Below the pieces are notes generated by a model. It searched no databases, had not been told where the DNA came from, and saw only the letters and a program-made list of their open reading frames with translations. This document shows, one piece after another, positions 15,389 through 23,117 of a DNA stretch of 32,000 nt. The stretch lies in the NCBI RefSeq assembly GCF_000015585.1, contig NC_008789.1:2130001-2162000 (forward strand). Direction: 5' to 3'. The stretch is from Halorhodospira halophila SL1 (GTDB taxonomy: Bacteria; Pseudomonadota; Gammaproteobacteria; Nitrococcales; Halorhodospiraceae). The translations under genes were made by a program, and so were the position numbers. Position 1 is the stretch's first letter. Each line of letters begins with the position of its first letter.

Positions 15389-16843
15389 ATGACAGCGCGC
15401 AGCCCTACACGCTCGACACACTCGGCAGGCATTGCAGTTACCCTCGGGCTCTGCACCGGTGCGGCAGCCATCAGCCTGCTGGCCACCCAGGGCGCCGGCG
15501 CAGGCGAGGAGGAGCGCAACATCGAGCCGCGCCCGGCCCCCGACGGCATGGACTACCACACCAGCGAAACCTGGGAGTCCCTCGCCACCGAACCCTCCCA
15601 GGGCCGCATCGTCGAAGAGGACGGCGAGAAACGGCAGATTCGCTACGAGTTCGGTGGTTTCCCGGACGAAGAGAACGAAGACTTCAGTGAGTGGCCCACC
15701 CACTCCTACGCCGACGACGCCGACTACCCAGAGCCTCAGGAGGCGGACATCCCCAACGACCTCGAGGGGGATCCCGAGCGCGGCCGGGAGCTGTTCGCCA
15801 AGGGCGAGCTGGGCCCCTGCTCCTCCTGCCACCTGGTCCCGGAGGCGGAGATCGACTCCCCGGGCAACGTCGGCACCGACCTGCGCACCGTGGGTGAGTG
15901 GGCTCCGGATAAAGAGTGGCTCTACCAAGTGGTCTACGACCCGCGGGTCTTCTATGGCGAGGACACCCCCATGCCGCCCTTCGGGGTCAACGGCATGTGG
16001 TCCGAAGAGCAGATCATCGATGTCGTCGCCTACCTGATGACCCTGGAGGGCGACGAGGACGGCGAGCCGATCGCCCCGGAGGGCGTGGACCGCCACTGGG
16101 ACCCCAACGACCGCCCGCCCCTGCAGCCCGCCGGCGAGCACCTGGACCCGTTCGACAATCCGGGGCTGATGCAGGCCGAGCAGATCGCCGTGCCGCTCTG
16201 GGATGAGCCGGCCCCCAACGGCGAGTCCTGCGCCAGCTGCCACGGCGACCTGGAACCGGCCGACGACCTGCGTCCGATCGGCGTCATTGAGGACCTGGAG
16301 GGCGTGGCCACCGAGTACCCGAAGTGGTTCGACGAGTACGACCGAATGATGTCCCTGGAGGACTTCCTGGCGGTCCACGCCAAGGAGGAGCAGGACATGG
16401 AGCTGCCCACGCAGTCGCAGGAGAACCTCTACATGTCGATCCTGGTGCACAGCCAGTCCAACGGCATGGTCTACGATCTGGATGACGACGACCCCAATGT
16501 CCAGGCCGCCATCGAGCGTGGCGAGGAACTCTTCCACCGTCCGGTGGGGCAGCGGGCCCACGCCTGCGCCAACTGCCACACCGATCGGGGCGGCGGGGAC
16601 AAGTGGCTGAGCGGGCGCATGCTGGCCAACATCGAGGCCGACGACACGGCCATGACCAACCACCCCTACTGGCGCACGGCGCAGAGTCGGGTCTGGGACC
16701 TGCGCACCCGCTTCCAGTGGTGCATGACCCCCGTCGGAACCAACTACCTCCCCGGGGACGCACCGGAGTACGCCGACCTGGAGACCTACATTGTCTCCGA
16801 GCAGCAGGGTGAGGAAATCATCGTGCCACGCTACGCCCACTGA
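15389..16843 (+). CDS. soxXA: Fused SoxX-SoxA c-type cytochrome (three heme-binding motifs)
   Basis: A signal peptide is followed by an acidic segment of about 90 aa. Next comes a SoxX-like monoheme domain (GDPERGRELF...CSSCH...MPPFG). A SoxA-like diheme domain follows (CASCH, CANCH and the conserved RFQWCM cysteine). It is a single 484-aa ORF with a GAAGGAGGGGG Shine-Dalgarno sequence. Confidence 0.85.
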   Translation: MTARSPTRSTHSAGIAVTLGLCTGAAAISLLATQGAGAGEEERNIEPRPAPDGMDYHTSETWESLATEPSQGRIVEEDGEKRQIRYEFGGFPDEENEDFSEWPTHSYADDADYPEPQEADIPNDLEGDPERGRELFAKGELGPCSSCHLVPEAEIDSPGNVGTDLRTVGEWAPDKEWLYQVVYDPRVFYGEDTPMPPFGVNGMWSEEQIIDVVAYLMTLEGDEDGEPIAPEGVDRHWDPNDRPPLQPAGEHLDPFDNPGLMQAEQIAVPLWDEPAPNGESCASCHGDLEPADDLRPIGVIEDLEGVATEYPKWFDEYDRMMSLEDFLAVHAKEEQDMELPTQSQENLYMSILVHSQSNGMVYDLDDDDPNVQAAIERGEELFHRPVGQRAHACANCHTDRGGGDKWLSGRMLANIEADDTAMTNHPYWRTAQSRVWDLRTRFQWCMTPVGTNYLPGDAPEYADLETYIVSEQQGEEIIVPRYAH

Positions 16844-16955
16844 GCCCCCCGCCCTGTGTGGCTGCCGGCGGCCGCAGTCCGGACCTCCCGGGCCGCGGCC
16901 GCGGCACTTCCAAGTCCCCGGGGCGTGGCCCCGGACCCGCGCACACGCCGTGCGA

Positions 16956-17531
16956 TCACCCCCGGACCAGGTGCTCGCCGGCACCGACCCCCAGGTTGCC
17001 CAGCAAACCGCCGATCACCGGCCGAAGATCCGCAATCATCTCCGGCCCCTCCACCTCGGTCAGACGACCGTGCAACCACAGATCCCGCGGCCGGTCACTG
17101 GCGTCACAGCCACGCTGGCCAAGCAGATTGTAGGCCGGGAACCCCGGATCCTCGCCGGCGTAATCGATGCGCGCGTACTCGTTGAGACGCTCTCCGGCAC
17201 GGGCCAGGAACGCCTGGCCGGCGTCCGGCGCGCCGCTGTTGTCGCGGATGCCATCGGCCAGGCGCTTGACCATGGCCTCGACCAGCCGGCGGCGCGATTC
17301 ATCCTCCAGACCCCGCAGCCAGGCGAGGCGGTCGGTGTACTGCACGGCGAAGAGCAGCAGCTCCTCCACCAGCGCCAGGTGTCCGCCGGTGCGGTCGGTG
17401 ATCGGTCCGTCTTCCGACAGCGTTCGCACCGCGGAAGTCGCGATGCGCCAGGCACGGATCGACGCCGCGGCGCCGACCTCTTCCGGCTGCTGCTCCTCGC
17501 GGGGCCGGAACCAGTGGGTCTTGGTACGCAT
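16956..17531 (-). CDS. Hypothetical protein (191 aa), translationally coupled to the upstream Cas6/Cmx6-like gene
   Basis: ATG 17531 lies 2 nt after the upstream TGA (TGA-TC-ATG). GC3 and codon usage are typical of the genome throughout. It is predicted to be largely helical, and I recognise no family. Confidence 0.65.
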   Translation of the reverse strand: MRTKTHWFRPREEQQPEEVGAAASIRAWRIATSAVRTLSEDGPITDRTGGHLALVEELLLFAVQYTDRLAWLRGLEDESRRRLVEAMVKRLADGIRDNSGAPDAGQAFLARAGERLNEYARIDYAGEDPGFPAYNLLGQRGCDASDRPRDLWLHGRLTEVEGPEMIADLRPVIGGLLGNLGVGAGEHLVRG

Positions 17532-17533
17532 GA

Positions 17534-18190
17534 TCAGGTCACCGCCTTGTGGGGAAGGAATAGTCCGCAGCCCCAGCAACGGCCGCTGCCCAGACCGCGG
17601 GCCTGGAGCCGGCGCCCGGCCTCAGGGCCCATGCCGTCCACCAGAAGGCTGCGGGTGACTGCCGGCCCGTCGGGGGTCACCAGCGTCTCCTGGCGACCGC
17701 AGAGCAGGCGCTTGGGGTGGATATCCATCTCGGCCAACTCCTGCCGGGCGGCCGCAAGCAGTGCGCTCTCCGCCACCGCGCCGCCGTCCGGGCCCAGGAC
17801 CCGATGGGCGTAAACGGTCGGTGCCGCCGGCAGTTCGCTCAAGCGGGAACCGCCCAATTCCAGGGCCTCGCCGGCGACATCCAGTCCCGCGCCGGCCAGG
17901 CCGGCGACCGCATCGGCATGCGCCCGGGCCACCCGCAGGACCAGCCGGCTGCGTCGTGGCAGCAGGATCGGTTGATCCGGCGTTCGCCACCAGCCGTGGC
18001 CACTGGTCGGCAGATGGGTCACGCGGATGCCCACCTCCCCGGGATCGAGCAGCGGCGCCAACCGAGGTGCCAGGGCGTCGGCCAGGGGCACCGCGTAGGC
18101 CTCAGGCAACACCCGCCCGCGCAGCGGGAAGGCCACATCCACCGCCTCAGCGAGCTCCGGCGCCTGCTCCTCCTCGGTCTCCCAATACAC
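17534..18190 (-). CDS. Cas6/Cmx6-like RAMP-family protein (orphan; no CRISPR or other cas genes in the window)
   Basis: The N-terminus VDVAFPLRGRVLPEAYAVPLADAL, the central LLPRRSRLVLRV...LAGAGLDVAGEALELG, and the C-terminal Gly-rich loop GLGSGRCWGCGLFLP resemble the Cas6 subtype MYXAN (Cmx6) family from memory. The preferred start is GTG 18190, preceded by GGAGG with 5-nt spacing. An alternative ATG at 18268 adds 26 codons with AT-rich, atypical codon usage. Confidence 0.6.
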   Translation of the reverse strand: MYWETEEEQAPELAEAVDVAFPLRGRVLPEAYAVPLADALAPRLAPLLDPGEVGIRVTHLPTSGHGWWRTPDQPILLPRRSRLVLRVARAHADAVAGLAGAGLDVAGEALELGGSRLSELPAAPTVYAHRVLGPDGGAVAESALLAAARQELAEMDIHPKRLLCGRQETLVTPDGPAVTRSLLVDGMGPEAGRRLQARGLGSGRCWGCGLFLPHKAVT

Positions 18191-18403
18191 TGCAGCCTCC
18201 GCACCGTGATGGCTGTCCCGAGTACACCCGCGCGCTGCACGCTGCTCTATATCCCGAAAGGGATACATCAGAATCCTATTCAGCTCCTTGAATGGATATT
18301 CCCTCGCCCCTCCCCCGCTGGCTAGCTTAGGCCACAACCGAAACCGGGCCGCCTCCCGCGGCCCTCGGGTCCGGCAGCCGCAGGCGAGGTGAGGATCAGC
18401 GTC
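18191..18403. promoter_or_regulatory. Divergent control region between the Cmx6-like pair (-) and dsrA (+)
   Basis: This is the most AT-rich short stretch of the island. It has a perfect palindrome TATCCCGAAAGGGATA (18250-18265) and GGATATTCC (18294-18302). A GAGGTGAGGA Shine-Dalgarno sequence precedes dsrA. Confidence 0.5.
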
Positions 18404-19663
18404 ATGACCGACAACACGTACAACACCCCGAAACTCGACGAGCTGGAGACCGGCCCGTGGCCGAGTTTCGTCACCGGGCTCAAGCGTCTGGCCGAGGACA
18501 AGCCCATGATCGCTGGGGTGCTCGGGCAGCTTGAGCACTCCTACACCGACCGCAAGGGCTACTGGAAGGGCGGCACCATCGGTGTCTACGGCTACGGCGG
18601 CGGCATCATCCCGCGCTTCACCGAGCTCAAGGACAACGACGGCAGCCCGCTCTTCCCGGAGGCGCAGGAGTTCCACACCATGCGCTTCATCCCGCCGGCG
18701 GGGATGCACTACTCCACGGAGCTGCTGCGCGACATCTGCGACATCTGGGAGAAACACGGCTCGGGGCTGATCGCCCTGCACGGGCAGACCGGCGACATCA
18801 TGCTCCAGGGCATCACCGCGGATAACGTCCAGGCCTGCTTCGACGAGCTCAACGCCTACGGGCTCGACCTCGGCGGTGCCGGGCCGGCAGTGCGCACCGG
18901 CATGTCCTGCGTCGGCGCCGCCCGCTGCGAGCACTCCTGCTGCAACGAGCAGAAGATCCACCGCCTGCTCGTCAACAACTTCCTCGACGACATGCACCGG
19001 CCCAGCCTGCCTTACAAGTTCAAGTTCAAGGTCTCGGGCTGCGCCAACGACTGCATGAACAGCATCGAGCGCTCGGACTTCGCCGTCATCGGCACCTGGC
19101 GCGACGAGATCCAGGTCGACCAGGCCGAGGTCCAGGCCTTTGTCGAGGCCAAGGGCCGCAAGCACACCATCGACAACGTGGTCAGCCGCTGCCCCTCCGG
19201 CTCCCTGAGCCTGAACGACGACAACACTCTGGAGATCGACAACGACAGCTGCGTGCGCTGCATGCACTGCATCAACGTCATGACCCGGGCCCTGTCTCCG
19301 GGCGAGGACCGCGGCGTCACCATCCTGGTCGGCGGCAAGCGCACCCTGCGCATCGGCGACCTCTTCGGCACCGTGGTCGTGCCCTTCCTGCCGCTGCGCT
19401 GCGACGCCGACTACCAGCGCATCCTCGAGATCGCCCAGGAGATCGTCGACTTCTTCGCCGAGAACGCCCTGGAGCACGAGCGGGTCGGCGAGATGATCGA
19501 GCGCATCGGCCTGGTCAACTTCCTCGAGGCCGTGGGCCTGGAGGTCGACCCGAACATGATCCACGAGCCGCGCTCGATCTCCTACGTCCGCACCGACGAC
19601 TGGGACGAGGAGGCCGAGAAGTGGTACCGGCGCCAACACATGCAGTCCGAGCAGGCCTCGTGA
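18404..19663 (+). CDS. dsrA: Reverse-type dissimilatory sulfite reductase alpha subunit
   Basis: MTDNTYNTPKLDELETGPWPSFV... is a typical DsrA N-terminus. Siroheme/FeS Cys motifs (CVGAARCEHSC, CANDC) and a ferredoxin insert (CPSGS...CVRCMHC) are present. It is 419 aa. Confidence 0.95.
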   Translation: MTDNTYNTPKLDELETGPWPSFVTGLKRLAEDKPMIAGVLGQLEHSYTDRKGYWKGGTIGVYGYGGGIIPRFTELKDNDGSPLFPEAQEFHTMRFIPPAGMHYSTELLRDICDIWEKHGSGLIALHGQTGDIMLQGITADNVQACFDELNAYGLDLGGAGPAVRTGMSCVGAARCEHSCCNEQKIHRLLVNNFLDDMHRPSLPYKFKFKVSGCANDCMNSIERSDFAVIGTWRDEIQVDQAEVQAFVEAKGRKHTIDNVVSRCPSGSLSLNDDNTLEIDNDSCVRCMHCINVMTRALSPGEDRGVTILVGGKRTLRIGDLFGTVVVPFLPLRCDADYQRILEIAQEIVDFFAENALEHERVGEMIERIGLVNFLEAVGLEVDPNMIHEPRSISYVRTDDWDEEAEKWYRRQHMQSEQAS

Positions 19664-19711
19664 GGCGCGTCGCGACGACCCGGGCGCTCAGCAGCGGAGG
19701 AAGACCGAATC

Positions 19712-20800
19712 ATGGCTGAAGCAACCAGCAACACCCAACCCCGGTCCCCCATCGAGAGCGGGACGCCGGATCCGTTCCCCCACATGCACGCCACCCTGCG
19801 GCGCAACTTCGGGCTGTGGCGCCACCACGACCGACCGCAGCCGGGCGTGCTCCACCACGTCTCGGAGACCGGTGAAGAGGTGTGGACGGTGCGCGCCGGC
19901 ACGCAACGGCAGATGGACCTGGCCACGGTGCGCAAGCTCTGCGACATCGCCGACGAGTACGCCGACGGCTACCTGCGCTTCACCATCCGCTCCAACGCCG
20001 AGATCACCGTCGATCGCGAGGAGAAGGTCCAGCCGCTGATCGACGCCCTGCGCGGCGCCGGGTTCCCGGTGGGCGGCACGGGTCCGTCGGTGACCATGAT
20101 CTCCCACACCCAGGGCTGGCTGCACTGCGATATCCCGGCCACCGACGCCTCCGGGGTGGTCAAGGCGCTCATGGACGAGCTGCACCAGGAGTTCGTCCGG
20201 GAGGACATGCCCAACCGAGTGCACATCACCACCTCGTGCTGCCAGATCAACTGCGGCGGCCAGGGCGACATCGCCATCAACATCCAGCACACCAAGCCGC
20301 CCAAGATCCAGCACGACTTGGTCGGCCAGGTCTGTGAGCGGCCCTCGGTGGTGGCGCGCTGCCCGGTGGCGGCGATCCGCCCGGCCGTGGTCGACGGCAA
20401 GCCGTCGCTGGAAGTGGACGAGAGCAAGTGTGTGGCTTGCGGCGCGTGCTATCCGCCCTGCCCGCCGATGCAGATCAACGACCCGGAGCACTCGCGGCTG
20501 GCCATCTGGGTGGGCGGCAACCACTCCAACGCCCGGGGCGTGCCGACCTTCCACAAGCTGGTGGTGGCTGGACTGCCCAACAACCCGCCGCGCTGGCCCG
20601 AGGTCGCCGAGCACGTCAAGAAGATCCTCTACACCTACCGCGACAACGCGCGCGACTACGAGCGCGTCGGGGAGTGGATCGAGCGCATCGGCTGGAAGCG
20701 CTTCTTCGAGCTCACCGGTCTGCCGTTCACCAAGCACCACATCGAGAACTGGCAGGGCTCGCGGCACAAGCTCAACGCCTCGGCGCACCTGCGCTTCTAG
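19712..20800 (+). CDS. dsrB: Reverse-type dissimilatory sulfite reductase beta subunit
   Basis: A 362-aa protein with GYLRFTIRSN, HTQGWLHCDIPATD, a CCQINCGG motif and a ferredoxin domain (CPVAAI...CVACGACYPPCP). It directly follows dsrA. Confidence 0.95.
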   Translation: MAEATSNTQPRSPIESGTPDPFPHMHATLRRNFGLWRHHDRPQPGVLHHVSETGEEVWTVRAGTQRQMDLATVRKLCDIADEYADGYLRFTIRSNAEITVDREEKVQPLIDALRGAGFPVGGTGPSVTMISHTQGWLHCDIPATDASGVVKALMDELHQEFVREDMPNRVHITTSCCQINCGGQGDIAINIQHTKPPKIQHDLVGQVCERPSVVARCPVAAIRPAVVDGKPSLEVDESKCVACGACYPPCPPMQINDPEHSRLAIWVGGNHSNARGVPTFHKLVVAGLPNNPPRWPEVAEHVKKILYTYRDNARDYERVGEWIERIGWKRFFELTGLPFTKHHIENWQGSRHKLNASAHLRF

Positions 20801-20814
20801 GCAAGGGAGGACCC

Positions 20815-21174
20815 ATGCAATTCGGAATCCTGGTCAACGAAGGGCCGTACCAGCACCAGGCCTCGGACAGCGCCTACCAATTCGCCGTCGCCGCCCTGGA
20901 GCAGGGCCACGAGGTGCCCCGCGTCTTCTTCTACATGGACGGGGTGCACAACGCCAACCGGCTCCAGGAGCCGCAGCAGGACGACCGCAACATCGTCCGC
21001 CGCTGGTCCGAGCTCGCCGAACGGCACCAGATCGACCTGGTGGTGTGCGTCGCCGCTGCCCTGCGCCGCGGCGTCAAGGACGAGATCCTGGCCCCGGGGT
21101 TTCGCATCTCCGGGCTCGGCCAGCTGGTCGAGGCGGGCATCCAGGCGGATCGGCTGGTGACCTTCGGCGACTAG
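20815..21174 (+). CDS. dsrE: DsrE, sulfur-transfer subunit of DsrEFH
   Basis: ATG 20815 follows AAGGGAGGA. MQFGILVNEGPYQHQASDSAYQFA...VVCVAAALRRG carries the conserved active-site Cys region. Confidence 0.9.
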   Translation: MQFGILVNEGPYQHQASDSAYQFAVAALEQGHEVPRVFFYMDGVHNANRLQEPQQDDRNIVRRWSELAERHQIDLVVCVAAALRRGVKDEILAPGFRISGLGQLVEAGIQADRLVTFGD

Positions 21175-21211
21175 CGCCGTCGGCGCAGGCAACGGAACAG
21201 GAGGCGAAACC

Positions 21212-21604
21212 GTGAGCGAGGCAATGGATCTGGAACAGGAAGGCGATATCAAGCGGTTCATGTTCGTCAACCGCAAAGCGCCGCACGGGAGCATCTACGC
21301 CCTGGAAGCCCTGGAGGTGGTGCTGATCGCCGCTGCGTTCGACCAGGACGTCAGCCTGGCGTTCCTGGATGACGGAGTCTTCCAGTTGCGCCAGGACCAG
21401 AACGCGAAGGCCATCGACATGAAGAACTTCGCGCCCACCTTCCGCGCCCTCGAGGACTACGACATCGAAAAGCTCTATGTCGAACAGGAGTCTTTGGCTG
21501 AACGCGGACTCACCGAGGCGGACCTGATCGTCCCCGTGGAAGTCGTCGATCGGGCGCGCATGGGCACATTGATGGCCGACCAGGATGTCGTGCTGTCGTT
21601 CTAG
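21212..21604 (+). CDS. dsrF: DsrF, subunit of DsrEFH
   Basis: GTG 21212 follows GGAGG with 7-nt spacing. KRFMFVNRKAPHGSIYALEALEVVLIAAAFDQDVSLAFLDDGVFQL is the TusC/DsrF pattern. Confidence 0.88.
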   Translation: MSEAMDLEQEGDIKRFMFVNRKAPHGSIYALEALEVVLIAAAFDQDVSLAFLDDGVFQLRQDQNAKAIDMKNFAPTFRALEDYDIEKLYVEQESLAERGLTEADLIVPVEVVDRARMGTLMADQDVVLSF

Positions 21605-21615
21605 GAGGACTCACC

Positions 21616-21915
21616 GTGCTGCACACCGTCAACAAATCCCCCTGGCAGACCACCAACCTCGACGCCTGCCTGGCCCACCTCGGCGGTGAGCGCCTGTTGC
21701 TGATCGAGGACGGGGTCTACGCCGCCGTGGCACGCAGTGATGCGGCCCAGAAACTCGATACCCCGGCCCGGGACGGGCGGGTCTATGTCCTCGGCCCGGA
21801 CCTCGAGGCCCGCGGCATCGGCACCGAGCAGGTGGCCGAAGGCATCGGGGTCGTTGATTACAGCGGCTTCGTGCAGCTGGTCGCCGAGCACGGCCCGCAC
21901 CAGGCCTGGCTCTGA
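21616..21915 (+). CDS. dsrH: DsrH, subunit of DsrEFH
   Basis: GTG 21616 follows TAGGAGGA. MLHTVNKSP...LLLIEDGVYAAV is the TusB/DsrH pattern. It is 99 aa. Confidence 0.88.
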   Translation: MLHTVNKSPWQTTNLDACLAHLGGERLLLIEDGVYAAVARSDAAQKLDTPARDGRVYVLGPDLEARGIGTEQVAEGIGVVDYSGFVQLVAEHGPHQAWL

Positions 21916-21980
21916 GCACCGGGGCACGACCGCCCAGGCTCCAAGAGAAGAGAGACGACCGCAGAAGAGGAGAGAGAACC

Positions 21981-22313
21981 ATGGCAATTCAGGTCAATGG
22001 CACCACCATCCCCACCGACGAGGAAGGCTACATCGAGGACCTGAGCCTCTGGTCCCCCGAGGTCGCCGAGATCATGGCCCAGGAGGATGGCCAGGAGCTG
22101 ACCGAGCAGCACTGGGAGGTGATCAACTTCCTGCGCGAATACTACGACGAGTACCAGATCGCACCGGCGGTGCGGGTCCTGACCAAGCAGATCGGTAAGC
22201 GCCTGGGGCCGGAGAAGGGCAACAGCAAGTACCTCTACGAGCTCTTCCCCTACGGCCCGGCCAAGCAGGCCTGCCGCTACGCCGGCCTGCCCAAGCCCAC
22301 CGGCTGCGTCTAG
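21981..22313 (+). CDS. dsrC: DsrC, sulfur-relay substrate protein of DsrAB/DsrMK
   Basis: A 110-aa protein whose C-terminal arm ...QACRYAGLPKPTGCV carries the two conserved cysteines, 10 residues apart. It has a TusE/DsrC fold signature (HWEVINFLREYY). Confidence 0.95.
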   Translation: MAIQVNGTTIPTDEEGYIEDLSLWSPEVAEIMAQEDGQELTEQHWEVINFLREYYDEYQIAPAVRVLTKQIGKRLGPEKGNSKYLYELFPYGPAKQACRYAGLPKPTGCV

Positions 22314-22363
22314 GGCGGTGTCGAGGCGCCGTCTCGGGGAGCGATGAAGGGAGAGCGAGTACC

Positions 22364-23110
22364 GTGCTGACAGCGACCTTTGCCGTGCTGTTCTACACCG
22401 CCACCGTGGTACTGGTGCTCGGCCTGGCGGCGCGGGTCTATCTCTACGCCCGCACGCCAGCGCCGCTGCGCATCCCCACCACCCCGGCCCCAACTTCCCG
22501 GGGCGGCGCCGCCCTGCGCGTGACCAGCGAGGTGGTGGCCTTCCGCAGCCTGTTCCGCGGCGAGAAGCTGCTCTGGCTGCTCAGCTGGGCCTTCCATGTC
22601 GCCCTGCTGCTGGTCATCCTGCGCCACCTGCGCTACTTCCTCGATCCGGCGCCGCAGTGGCTGGTGTGGATCCAGCCGCTGGGCCTCTACGCCGCCTACG
22701 TCCTCGCGGCCGCCCTGGTCGGCCTGTGGCTGCGGCGCCTCTGGATCGACCGGGTGCGCCACATCAGCACCCCCTCCGACCACGCCGCCCTGGCCCTGTT
22801 GCTGGCCATCGGCCTGACCGGGCTGGGCCTGCAGCACTTCCAGCCCACGGACATCGTGGCGGTGAAGGCGTTCTTCATCGGCCTGATGCAGTTCAACTGG
22901 CAGCCGCTGCCGAGCGAACCGCTCCTGCTCCTCCATCTGACGCTGGTCGCCCTGCTGATGATGGTCTTCCCGTTCAGCAAGCTGTTGCACGCCGCCGGGG
23001 TGTTCTTCAGCCCCACGCGCAACCAGCCGGACAACCCGCGGGAGCGCCGGCATATCGCCCCCTGGGCACGCGCCCTGGAGCAGGACGCCACCCACCAGAA
23101 GCAGGAGTGA
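22364..23110 (+). CDS. dsrM: DsrM, NarI-like membrane diheme cytochrome b
   Basis: GTG 22364 follows GGGAGAG. It has five or so hydrophobic helices with conserved His residues (AFHVALLLVILRHLRYF, LLHLTLVAL...KLLHAAG). Confidence 0.9.
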   Translation: MLTATFAVLFYTATVVLVLGLAARVYLYARTPAPLRIPTTPAPTSRGGAALRVTSEVVAFRSLFRGEKLLWLLSWAFHVALLLVILRHLRYFLDPAPQWLVWIQPLGLYAAYVLAAALVGLWLRRLWIDRVRHISTPSDHAALALLLAIGLTGLGLQHFQPTDIVAVKAFFIGLMQFNWQPLPSEPLLLLHLTLVALLMMVFPFSKLLHAAGVFFSPTRNQPDNPRERRHIAPWARALEQDATHQKQE

Positions 23111-23117
23111 GGACGCC

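Noticed and set aside
16892-16905. 14-nt perfect palindrome GCCGCGGCCGCGGC between convergent soxXA and the 191-aa gene, as a terminator
   Set aside because: It is a short, pure-GC self-complementary run with no loop and no U-tract, and such runs arise easily by chance in GC-rich DNA. The spacer probably contains a terminator, but I could not define a convincing stem-loop.
16844-18403. CRISPR array or other cas genes near the Cas6/Cmx6-like gene
   Set aside because: No direct repeats of 25-40 bp separated by unique spacers were seen here or anywhere in the window. The flanks are fully occupied by soxXA and dsrA.
17534-19639. 701-aa minus-strand ORF spanning the Cmx6-like gene and all of dsrA antisense
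   Set aside because: Only the C-terminal ~218-244 aa look like a real protein. Everything upstream of about 18268 is antisense to dsrA or crosses the AT-rich divergent promoter region.
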